A stretch of 64,000 nucleotides of DNA from positions 434,001 to 498,000 of the forward strand of contig CAJFCJ010000008.1 of NCBI GenBank assembly GCA_904063045.1. Reading direction: 5' to 3'. The notes under the pieces are model-generated. The model searched no databases. It saw only the letters and a program-made list of their open reading frames with translations, and was not told where the DNA came from. The stretch comes from Dimorphilus gyrociliatus (taxonomy: Eukaryota > Animalia > Annelida). Within the stretch, counting starts at the first letter, position 1. The number at the start of each line of letters is the position of its first letter. The position numbers and the translations under genes are program-made. This document shows positions 11,863 to 23,681 of the stretch, piece after piece.

Positions 11863-14304
11863 TCCGAGTGCTGGACGAGTGGATGAAAAATGGCCCGAAG
11901 GCCGGCGGGCAGTTAACAGGTGAGCGGAATTCGCGGCGTCGACCCCTCCAGGATAATCGATTATATATATAGACGACGGGAAGAGGGAAATTAAACCGTC
12001 AAACGGCAATCCCTTCCGAGTGGGGGGGGGGGTTGGTTTTGTGCTCCTTTCTACTCTTATTCACTTCCCCTTTCGCGCCCTGGCCGCCGCCCTGCCGTTC
12101 GGCGAACTTGAGATTTAGCAGATGAACTTTATTACGCTTGACGTTGTTCGTAAACACTTATCCGGTTAAATATAACAGTCCGTCCATGCTAAGTTGTAGA
12201 ATAATAATATACCGGTTCAAAATAAACTTAGAAGTCGAATAAAAGGATGCTAACCTACTTTTTACTGTATCAGTAAAGATCCCAAGCCCTAGTAATTGAA
12301 GCGAATGTTAATTACCGCGAAAAGTATAAACATTCGACTTCTTCATTTCCGCCAAAATATTGAAACAGGCTTAGAAAAATCGAAACACTCGTAGCCATCA
12401 GTTAAAGTTAAAGTCACGTGATTGAAATTGGGAAGTTAAAAAATTTCAATACAGCCAACTTGTAGCATATTTCTTTTTATTCTTCAACTTTTTACATTAT
12501 ACGACCTGGTCTGCTTAAAGTAGGTGTTAATTACCGGCGGTAAACTGACCTTTGACTTCCTTAACCGATCCGGCCCCCGACTCTCCTCCGTCCGGCACGA
12601 ACGACCCCCGCCACCCGCCCTTTTCGCCCTTTTCTCGCTTATACAAATAATATGCAAATTTTGCCTACCTTCGGCTCGCGACTCTCCTTTCCGTTTTCTC
12701 TCTATCGCTCTCTCCGCTCGTTTTATACTTCTACTATAAACACGACGTTCGTTTCCCACGCTTATGGTTTTCATCAAACTTAGAGCGAAAGAGAGAGAGA
12801 GAGAAAGATTTGAAGGAGAAACGAATAGATAGACTGGTATAAGAGAAAATCCAAGGCGAAATAAATTTTAAGTGTTTTAGGTTAAAAAGGATTTTTCCTA
12901 AATACTTTAAAATATGCGTTTGAAAGGAAAAACACCCCTTGGAAGGAATCCGGAAAAGGAAGAGCGTTAGTGGGGGTTAGGAATCATCGTACGGAAAAAA
13001 GAAAACGAGATTTGGATGGTCAAACTCGAAAGACCGTGATGAAAATCGATCAGTCATTGGTTGTTTTCGGCAGTGCACACTTTTGGCGTTGCGCATCAAT
13101 TTATAATACTTTTTTCGGGCTGAATTATTACGTCACGAGTACTCCAGGTTGTCAACCGTTTTTAAATAAAGGGGCAGGTTACCCGACGCCCATACTAAAG
13201 TTTGTAGAGGAATCATTTACTTATGTCAGGTTTTTAAGGGGGTCGAGATTAACGAATCATGAAAGTGTGATCTATGTCTGTTGAGGAATGAACTCGGAAG
13301 ATTTAGGATAAAGGGTAGAGAGGCGTAAAATCTGTTCGTTTCTCTTCTCTCATTCTTACATATGTACAGTATGTATATAAATATAGTATATATCAGGCTG
13401 TATTTACAGCATTCTCTTGCTCAACTATTCCTTTTTCTTTGCAGATGCTCTCCTTCAATCACAACCGACAGCTGTAGCGTCAATTAGGGTATGGAGAGGG
13501 AGAGGGAAATTTGCTGACAAAAGCGACCCCGCTCGGATTAGCCGCTATATAACACGAAAAGAAACGGCGGGGAGAAGCGTTCGCATGTGAAGTCACGGAC
13601 GACGTCCATTTAGCCGTTATTTAAATTTACTTAAACTTTTTTTCTCCTTCTTTCCATCATTAAATGAATATGTATTAAAAAATTATACATTCATATATAA
13701 AACTTGTGAATATAACGATTCCATCGTCTAACCGTTTCCATAACCCACTTTTTCTCTTGACGTAACATCTGCCGATTATTAAAAGTCGATAATTATATAC
13801 GTTTATTTATTATATAAGAAAAAAGGTTCCTTCTTGGTCGTTTATGTTGGGAAAATTTGTAGGTTTTTTATTATTTTCTATTTATAAGGATTAAAGGATT
13901 ACGACCTCCTACTGAAAGTCACCTGGTTGAAGGCGTTATATGTTTTGGCAGTTTAGGGGGTGGGTGAATTACAATCGTGAGGGAGCGTACGCCCACGAAT
14001 CGAGTTCGCTTTTTTTTTTTCAAATTCAAATTGATGTACACAAAAATCACTGGAACTCTATTCCTAGTTTGAAAGTGGACAAAAAGTCTTGATTTAAGCA
14101 CTCAAGAGTGGAAATTGCCAAGTTATGAGGTGACCCTTAGGGGGTCGTTCGGAATCTTTAGATGATGGTAGATGAGGTTAGAAGGCTTCGTTACATAGCT
14201 TGTTTCGTTGACCAACCTTTCGATCTTTACGTGCGGGTAGACGCTCGCGCTGGTAGCCCTGCTGAATTTAGACGCCTTTCGAGAACGCGAATGGAACCGA
14301 CAGG

Positions 14305-14402
14305 TGTGCGTATGTATGTATGTATGTATGTGTGTGTATGTGTGTGTATGAGCGTGTATGTGTATACGTATGTATGTATGTATGAACGTATACTCGTGTG
14401 TG
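14305..14402. repeat. Compound (GTAT)n/(GT)n microsatellite
   Basis: gtatgtatgtatgtatgtatgtgtgtgtatgtgtgtg... It explains the spurious ORFs 14162-14419 and 14268-14594. Confidence 0.85.
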
Positions 14403-16370
14403 CGCGCCTTTACCCGTAACGGTAAATCCCTTAGTTATTTCTCCTTCAAGTCTGTAGGGATTGCATATTATTACGCATTCACGTAATAGATGCGTGCTAA
14501 ATATATGATACAATAATAAAATCTTATATAACGTGAGGCTGAATACGGGATAAGAGGAAAACTTATCAATTCTAGTTGTCTGCGACCTATTCAACTTTTC
14601 TATACCAAAAGTAAGAAAATCATTAGATGGTAAAACAATAAATTGTTATACCAGTCTCCCTGAAAATAAACAAAGATTCTCCTTCACCTAAAAGTCAGAT
14701 TAAGGGCAAATCTTTTATTTTTAAATTAAGTAGAAAATACCGTACCATTTTTTTTTTACTCTCCTCATTTCTTTCTTTACAAGACACTAATTAACCCTTA
14801 GTAAAATTATGATTAATTGATTGATATTGACATGCATAGCATATATACATATATGTACGTTTTTACTCTTTTTAACGACGTTCTTACTATGAAAAGATAT
14901 GTATAAAAAAAAAGACGAAAAAAAAGAGACTACAATGATCCTTTGTTTCGAAAGTATGACATGTTCAATGCGGTTTTGCGAAGAGGCGTTTACTATATTT
15001 AATAAAGTAGTAAAAAAAAATCTCCTTTGCATGATAACTGTGCATAAATCTTATCTTCTCCCCTTTCCTAGCTAATTTGAAAAGAATCTAAACGATCTGT
15101 CAGATTAATGTTAAGTAAACCATCCTTCATCGTAGTTTCTTTACGAAATTCTCATCCGTAAGTATCATCTATACTTTCCTTAGGTTTTGTGTTTTCCTCT
15201 TTTGGAGCATTTTCATTCGTTCACCCCCTCCCTTTTTTTATATTACCAGTCCTGTCAATTTTATTTTCAATGCTTAATTAGGAAATATAACTGCCAATTT
15301 CCAATTAATGTGAGAATCGTCGTCATATTTCACCGTAAAAAGCGTCTAAGATTCCCTGAAAGGGATCAATGGATTCCTTTATGTAAATAAAATTTGAAGG
15401 AAACTGATTCCTGTAAACTTTAAAGTTCCGATTTAAACATATCTAGATAACAAGTTAGAAGCACGTTTTCTTGATTATCGAAGAGGATAATCTTCTGTCG
15501 ACGGGTAAGATTAAGACGATAGATAAAACAGAGGGAAGTAAATCATTTTATACTATCGCCATCTATCGGCAGTCATAGACTTTAAAATATTATTTGTTAT
15601 TTATAACCAGCTGTTAAAATTCTCAGTTTCATTTTAAACTGTGAAAAATTTCAACTTTTCCCTTAAAAAATAAATAAATACCGAAAATTTAAAAATAAAC
15701 GGGAATGTATCAGTTGGTTAGAACAGTTGGTTTAAAGGGAACCCTTTTAAACTCGTACTAAAAATTTCTTCTACTTTTTCTCTCTTAAAATCTACCATTC
15801 TTTTTAATAAATTAAGACAGTTTAGAACGCTGTTTAAACAATAATAAGAAATGTAATAGTATGAAATGTGGTCTTCATGTACAACATCTGACTTTGGGTG
15901 GCCGAAGGGCACTAAAGTGCAAGATGGGAGAAACATTGCAGTTAATCAAGGTATAGGCAGATTTTTTTCATCAGTAAATCCCAACTATAGTATTTCCCAA
16001 ACGAAATTCCAACACTCTCTTTATGATAATTGCTTTTTGGAAGTATTAGATAATTGAAGAATCCCATATTGAGATTCTTTTTTTTTTGCCTTTCAGCTAT
16101 TAAATTACAGTAGTTTTGTAGTAAGTATAATATACAACTAGGACTTAATACTTGTTTTTTTACTGTTTAATAGATAATAGAAAATTTGTGACAGTGACTT
16201 GGTAAAACATTGATATGAAGTTAAGAAAACCTCTTTGCAGTATTTAGTCATACCAGCTTATGATCGTTGATCTATATTTTTTAATCATTTTTCTGTATTG
16301 TTTTGTTATTCTTTATAGTCTGATGGTTTTTAAAATATAAATCTAATAGAAAATCAGTAGTAGATGAATC

Positions 16371-18593
16371 ATGCAGAGTTCAGACGGAAGTATTGGCAGT
16401 CCGTTTCCGGATATTCAACTACGGGATATTTCCGTCCCTGAAATGCTCATGTTGTCGATGAATGAACATGACCCTAATAAAATTGCCTTTGTCAGTTTTT
16501 GAATAATCCTTGTATATTAATAAATTTATTAAATAATAATTGAAAATTTATCTAGATTGATGCTCAAACTGAAAGAAGTTATACTTTTGGGGAATTCAAG
16601 AACCTCTATAAGAGGATAAGTAGCGCACTCTCTGGAAGAGGAATGCATCAAGGAGAGGTAATTTGCTTCTTCTCACCAAATAGCCTGGAATTTGCTTTAA
16701 TGTTTGCCGCCTGTATAACCGCTGGGCTGGTCGTTTCACCTTCGAATTTTAATTCTACTAGATGTGAGAAAATGAATTAATTGATTTTATCAATCTAAAC
16801 TTTTCTTTACAGTTGAACTTACATATCAACTAAATGACTGTTGTGCCTCTTATATTTTTACTACCAAGGCATTTCTGCCAGTTGTCAAAGCTAGCTTGAA
16901 CTCAAATATTAAGGAGATATTTATAGCTGATAAAGAATCGGTAAATGGTTTTACCAGCATCTTTGAATTGGCATTGAATGATGGAAAATCTTTCATGGGG
17001 AATAATTTAAAGGTTCGTCAATATCTTGAATATATCTTGGAATATTTTTCATATTTCTTTTTAGATAAATACTCTTCAGGACGCTGTCATTATACCATAC
17101 AGTAGCGGTACTACGGGTTTACCTAAAGGGGTTGAAATTACCCATAGGAATTGCACTGCCATGCTTGATATCTTTCAGTAAATTCTTTATATAATGATCT
17201 CCTTGATTAAAGTATTTTTTTTACCTCTTTCTTTCCTCCTTCCTTTCGTAGACAACCTCAATTTTTCGGATCATCTAAGAGATCTAAAAATGATACTACA
17301 GTAGTTTTTCTACCTTTTTATCACGCTTATGGCTTGCAAAAACTACTTCTCAATAATTTATTGCAAGGCGTCTCACAAGTAATTATGGCCAATTTTGTAC
17401 CTGAACTTTTTTATCGGTGTATTCAAAAGTACAAGGTTAGCCATCTGTCGTTCATTACTTGCATTAATTGCATTTACTGTTTTTTCTAACTTTCTCTTTA
17501 ATTAGCCATTTACAATTGCTCTAGTTCCTCCAATAGTTAATTTATTAATAAAGGACACTAAGGCTCGTGAAATTAACTTTACTTGTCTACAATATATTTC
17601 ATGCGGTGCCTCTCCTCTTTCTAAGCAAATTGAAGAGAAATTCAGGAGTGTTACTAAGATTTATTGTCTCCGTCAAGGTTTGTCATCTCTTCATTAAGAG
17701 TACTATACATCAAAGTTTTTTTCTAGGATATGGAATGACTGAAGCCACCCTTGCGGTTACCTTGGGCGAAAAGGACTCATATAAAGTAGGGTCAACTGGA
17801 AGATTGGTTAACAATGTTCGCTTGAAGGTTATTGATCAAGAAACAGGGAAGTATTGCGGTATTGGAATGAAAGGCGAATTATGGTTTAAAGGTCCCATTG
17901 TAATGAAAGGTTATCTCAATAGACCAAAAGAAACGAGAAATTGTATCACGGAAGACGGCTGGCTAAAAACGGGTATACTATTAGAAAGAAACTGTGCCCA
18001 GTAACATTTGTTTGATTCTTTTAAAATAATCCATTTAGGTGACATTGGCTATTTTGACAAAGACGGCTACGTATTCATTGTAGGAAGAGCGAAAGAATTA
18101 ATTAAGTATAAGGGATTCCAGGAAAGTATTATTTCATCAAAGGCTCTCAGTTAATGGCTTTGAGGCTGAACTAGAACCTATATCACCTTAACCGAAACGG
18201 TGTGATTTATGGTTTCTATTTCAACAGGTGGCACCAGCTGAGTTAGAATCTGTTCTTTTAACTCACCCAAAGATAAAGGATGCTGGTGTTGTCGGAATCG
18301 ATGACGAAAGGGCAGGACAAATTCCCAAAGCCTATGTTGTTAAAAAAGTTGATAATCTCACTAAAAAGGAAATCAACGATTATATTGCCGGTAAATAGAA
18401 GTGCTTCATTTAACAGCCTGTTTTAATTTTCTTCTGGTTTTTAATTTATTTTATAGACAAACTATCTGATTTTAAACGATTAAGAGGTGGTATAGACTTT
18501 ATAGAAGAAATTCCAAGGTTGCCAAGTGGTAAAGTCCTAAGAAGGACTTTAAGAGATCTAGAAACAAAGAAAACATTAAACTCTCAACTTTAA
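16371..18593 (+). CDS. Luciferase-like / 4-coumarate-CoA ligase-like acyl-CoA synthetase with PTS1-like C-terminus (SQL)
   Basis: Multi-exon. AMP-binding motif [12 protein letters not shown], plus [51 protein letters not shown] and LPSGKVLRR. Ends LNSQL* (18591-18593). One intron needs a GA donor (see findings). Confidence 0.88.
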
Positions 18594-19944
18594 ATATAAA
18601 ACTCTTTAAGAAAACGACTTAATAAACTGAACTATTTGTATCGTTTCCATATAGATGATACAAGAAGATAAACTTTTTACTTTGTTGTAAATAATTTTAC
18701 ATATGAATGTCTCTTTGATTGATAAACATAAGAAATGATTTTCATTATAAAATTACACGATATATCTTTTCATGTTATATACACTGACTAAGAAGATGAA
18801 GGAATATATATATATACAGTATATATGTATATAAGAGTGAAAGAGACACAGAGAGAGAGAGAGAGAGAGAGAGAAAAAGAGAAACAAAAAAGAAACAAAA
18901 AAAAAGCCACAGTGATTTCATGGCTTGTAATAGACTTCTATTATCATTTTTAAGCAAGCCTTATGAAAAATAGAAATACTAATAGGAAAAGTAATTAGTA
19001 AGGAATAGAAAATAAAAGTTATCAAACTGTTGTTAAATATTCAACGACAAAATAATGAACCATATATACAATATATATAATATATTGTATATATAGAGTA
19101 GATACACTATATACTATATATACAATACAAAGCGTTTTATTTTTCCTCTTAAAACTATTATTACGTAATAGAATGTTGTATTTTTTATTTCTTTATAATA
19201 ATTCTCTATTTACAGTTCTTTATTTATTTAAGAATATAAAAATAGAGCATTTTAAATCCTTTTATTAGTTCTATTAAGATGATAGATATTTTTTCTGTTG
19301 AAACTCTTAATTAGAATTTTTAGAATAGAAAACATAAAGTTGAATAAACTGTCTTAAAAATAGTTTATGTTACATACTCATTAACCCTTTCAGAGAGTTT
19401 TAAATATATATATTTCAATACAATGCAAAGAATCTAATAGTAAGAAGAATAATAAGATGAAGATAAAGAAAATGGAAATATAAGGGAAAGTTTCTTATTT
19501 ATTGCTTTAAATAAAACTGTAAATGAACTAATCATAGAGATGATCCGCTAATATCTAAAAACAAAGTTACAATATAAATAAAGAATGTAGTATATTTTGT
19601 ATTTAAATTGTTCATTTGAAAACTTCATTACTACACTATAACATCCATATGCAAGAAAATAGGAACAATACCATTATTCTACTATTGTCGCTGTTGGTCG
19701 TTTCATACTTCCATGTTGTCCATAGTTTTATATTTTATATTACTAGATACAATGAGCTTTCCTAATTTAGAATAAACTTTTATATATACAGTATATAGAC
19801 ATCTTGCGTTATTTTTACTAAGACGTGTTTTATGTCTTAGCATGCTAAAACGTGATATGCTATAGATAAACGTAGTATTTAAACATTCTCTTCTTATTTG
19901 ACTCATTTTAATCAATTCTTTTCTAAGATCTTCAGTTATTATAG

Positions 19945-21021
19945 TTAAGGGTTCCTACTAGTACGTGTCGAAACTATTCCTATTGTCTGATCGCTCCTTC
20001 CACCTACAAAACCCATTGTCTGGTCGCTCTTTCCTCCTGCAAAACCCATTGTTCTATCTTCGTCTACTGCTCCATCTACAGCACACATTTTGACTAATTC
20101 TTTACGAAATTCAGTCCCAGTTAGAATGTAGAGGATAAAATTAATACAATGGTTAGTTAAGGATAGGCAGTCGGAAACTGCCAATAAAACTTCGAAGACG
20201 GCATAATCATAGCTCGTTTTCAAGTAGCCAGGTATATTTATTAGAATGCTAAGAACGCAACTTGGGCATGATAGTAGAATGAAAGTCATTGAGATTGTTA
20301 AAAGTGTTTTCGTAGTCTTTTTTGATACTTTCCTTATCACTTTACCACCAACGCTAGGTCCCACAGCAACGGCTCTTCGTAACTTAAGAATTATTAGAAG
20401 GTTGAATATTAAGATTAAAGTAGCAGGTATAAGTGAATAAAGTGAAAAATCAAGGATAGGAAAGGTTTTTAAGAGGAATTTGCTTAAGCTTCTTGTCTTG
20501 CCGACACATCTAATAGAATAATGCAGATTTTTATAGTCATTAGCCGGATTTATTTCAAGTCCTCCAAGCATAAAGCTACAAAATCCGAAAAAGATAATGG
20601 CTAAAATTAACGTTGTATATTTTGCAGTTGTTCTTGTAGAAATTGTCTTAGATCTTAGTGGAAAGTATATAGCAATGAAACGATCAACTGTAACGGCGAC
20701 TAAGTTCCAACTTGAACAATATGACGAATAATGGAAACAGAACGTTATGAACGAGCATTTTACAAACATTCGTAAGTCAACTTTGAAGTCAGTGACGCTT
20801 AAAATGAAAAAGAATAAAGCCGAAACAAGTACAAATGCTAAGTCAGCAATTGATAAAATTTTCAAGTACCAATTTGTTGTAGATTTTGGTCCTCTAAGTA
20901 AAATTTTCAATGTTATTATATTGCCAAAAATACCAAGGATAACAGCAGAAGGATAAAATGTTATCCTTAATTTCGAAGCTCCAATAGAGTACGACGAATA
21001 GTCTTCCGTAACGTTTGCCAT
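19945..21021 (-). CDS. Class A (rhodopsin-like) GPCR, peptide-receptor-like, intronless
   Basis: 358 aa with 7 hydrophobic segments. Motifs: GIFGN (TM1), LSIAD (TM2), SSWNLVAVTVDRFIAIYFPL (TM3), FILLSCP (TM6) and NHCINFILY (TM7), typical of the invertebrate FMRFamide/TRH-receptor-like expansion. Confidence 0.9.
   Translation of the reverse strand: MANVTEDYSSYSIGASKLRITFYPSAVILGIFGNIITLKILLRGPKSTTNWYLKILSIADLAFVLVSALFFFILSVTDFKVDLRMFVKCSFITFCFHYSSYCSSWNLVAVTVDRFIAIYFPLRSKTISTRTTAKYTTLILAIIFFGFCSFMLGGLEINPANDYKNLHYSIRCVGKTRSLSKFLLKTFPILDFSLYSLIPATLILIFNLLIILKLRRAVAVGPSVGGKVIRKVSKKTTKTLLTISMTFILLSCPSCVLSILINIPGYLKTSYDYAVFEVLLAVSDCLSLTNHCINFILYILTGTEFRKELVKMCAVDGAVDEDRTMGFAGGKSDQTMGFVGGRSDQTIGIVSTRTSRNP
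19982..20058. repeat. 33-bp coding tandem repeat (about 2.3 units) in the GPCR C-tail
   Basis: ATTGTCTGATCGCTCCTTCCACCTACAAAACCC / ATTGTCTGGTCGCTCTTTCCTCCTGCAAAACCC / ATTGTTC...; encodes DRTMGFAGGKS-DQTMGFVGGRS-DQTIG. Confidence 0.85.
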
Positions 21022-22083
21022 ACTTGTGAAGCTACAAATGGAAAATCTCTTTGCAGAATAAATTAATTTATTTCAGTTGTGACGTCAGAAATATCAAATA
21101 GTAGATTTTAATGAGACAACTTTCTTTTATGCTATAATTCAAATTAGTGTCAAAAACATTGAAAAATAATAATTTATATTATCTATATCATTCATAAAAT
21201 AGGAAGAGAAACTTTATATCTTTTAGCATTGCTCATATGTGAGGAAAAACTCTTTGACACATTAATATTTTAATTAATCCAAGATGATAAACTTTAGATT
21301 ACTACTTTTAAAAGTGATTTTTGTACAACTTAACAAACAAATATTACAAAAATAAAACAACAGAAATGACAGTAAAAGTATTAGATATTAGATATATGAT
21401 TTAATTAATAGTAAAGGTTAATTCGTAATAATATTAATAACATTAGTAATAAATGACTAAAAAAAACATTCTATTTGATATGTTAGAAGTATTAAGTTGT
21501 CTTTATATCTTTTTCTATTCATTATTTGTACTTTATTAATAATACAAGTCTTAGAAAAGGAAATTGACTCTTTGTTTTTTTTTAATCCCTTTTCTTTTAG
21601 TGTTTTGTAATTTATAAAAAGGGTCAGTTTTTTCTTTTTTAGATTTTCGAAGAAAGATTACTATATCAAAGGAATACGTAATATCTTCTTATCGTGTAAT
21701 TGGTACATTTATTTAGTCTATAAAAAGCATGCGTCCAACCTTTAAGTCTTTTTAATTTGAGGCTATTGCAAGGTGAAGCAAAAACGTATTAGATGTAAAG
21801 GGAGAACTGTTGATAGACTTAATTCGGCTATTTCCATTATACTAATAAAGTTTACGCCGTAGTATATATATATAATTAAATACTTTTTCATGTATTTCTT
21901 AAGTAAATAGGTAAGATAATGTTCATGAAAGCGCCTTAATATCCTTTAAATTACTGCCTTTTGCTTAACACATTTTATGCAAAAGAGCAATAAATTTCCT
22001 GTAGTGCTCTATAAATTTATTTTCTCGCCAGTTTAGAATTTCACTAGAATAAGAACGAAATTATTAACAATGTACTCGATATT

Positions 22084-23681
22084 TTAATCATCAACGTTAA
22101 AATCATCGTGTAAAACTGCTGAACTTTGAAAATTAACACTTTTTTCTATTGAATATTGTAAATAATTCAGAATTTTTAATCTTTCACCTTCCCTCATCCA
22201 TTTCTTTACTATATCTTCCCTTTCTATCTTGTCCAAATGCTCTTCTAACACTTTAGTTGCGTGTCCTAAGGGTAGGGGGCACTTTCTTAAATCATCTAAT
22301 TGAAAATTTCGTTTCAATAACAACGTCCTATTGCATTCTAGAACTGTGAATTTTTGTACCAACAAAACTCTCCTCTCTTTATCTAACTCAACGGTATCTT
22401 CTGCATTACATTCGAGAATTTTAAATAATTTGTTTGCAGTTCTTCTCCTCACGAAAGACAATTTATTGTGCTTACAGTAATGGGCAAGTGACTGAAATTG
22501 GAAGTGTCACAAAATAGTTTTCACGACATATTACAATTTTCAGAAACGTACCTCTAGTGTTATAAAGTCAGATCCAAGGTTTTCTAGTTCTTCATAGCTC
22601 TTCTTGATTGTATCTAACGAAAATAATCCAATTCTCTGGTAATCAATTAATTGATCGATACTATATCCCTTGTCTATAAAAAATTTTAATTTCTCTCTGT
22701 AATTCGTAGCTGACATATTATTCCATGTCTCAAGCAGCAAGAGTTGTGTTAAGTCAATATTAAGTTCTTCGGAAATTTTCTCCATTTTTTGTTCTTCGGT
22801 CCTAAAATTATTAACAAGCGACTCATAAACTGATTTAGCCTGAGATAGCCATGCTATAGGAGGTTTTGGTTGTATGTTTAATTTTTCTAATTCTTTTAAA
22901 CGCTGTTCGAGAGTTTCAACAGTAGGATTCGTTAACACAAAACTATGGCGTTTAATTTCATCTAATTCGTAACCATCGTTCAAAAGTAATTCCAGTTTAT
23001 TACATTTTTTGATTATTGATGTTTTATTCGGAATTTTATCTTTAGTCAACTGAAACAATCGTCTGTTGTTTATAAAGAGGCCAGATAGTTCAGAATCAGT
23101 TAACTTTAGTTTATCCCTCCAAAGTGATATATTACTATTATAGTCCATCATTGATTTGGTATACTTTTTAAGTCTTGAATGAAGAGAAGGCTGGAGTTTA
23201 AAGACATAAATATGTTAATATCATATATATATATATTTATATAGTATTTATTATAAATAGCAACATACTGATGGTGTATTATGACAAAGCCATAGAAATG
23301 GTATACTACGTTGAAATTTAGTTTGTTCCAGCTTCGCGACACTTTGAAGGATAGAGTCTTCATTCAATAATAGAACAAAAGGGCATTCGAATAGTTCGTA
23401 TAGGTCATAATTTAGATTACGTAACAGTTCTGCTGAAGTCCTTAATTCTCCCTTTTCAGTCAAATCTTCTTCAGTATTAACCTCAAGGCGATTTGTAATC
23501 TGTAAAACAATAATAATTAAACTATACTGATGATAATCATATGTTGGAAGCTATCAAATCTCACCAAATTATAAGCCCTTTCATAGAAAGAGCAATTTGA
23601 TTGTCGTCTAGTAAGTTTTAATTCTGAGCGATAAAAGGAGTAGTTTGCAAATTTGCAGTATTTATGGCATATTCTAATCAT
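22084..23681 (-). CDS. mTERF-like mitochondrial protein (multi-exon)
   Basis: Basic N-terminal exon MIRICHKYCKFANYSFYRSELKLTRR, followed by exons covering ORFs 23251-23463, 22540-23151 and 22084-22461 with plausible GT-AG junctions. Leucine-rich repeats such as LELLLNDGYELDEIKRHSFVL...TLEQRLKELEKL and QLDDLRKCPLPL resemble mTERF motifs. Confidence 0.6.

Noticed and set aside
12484-14594. Short ORFs in the intergenic region (12484-12777, 12524-12739, 12970-13284, 14162-14419, 14268-14594)
   Set aside because: Low-complexity or microsatellite-derived, with no motifs or supporting splice structure.
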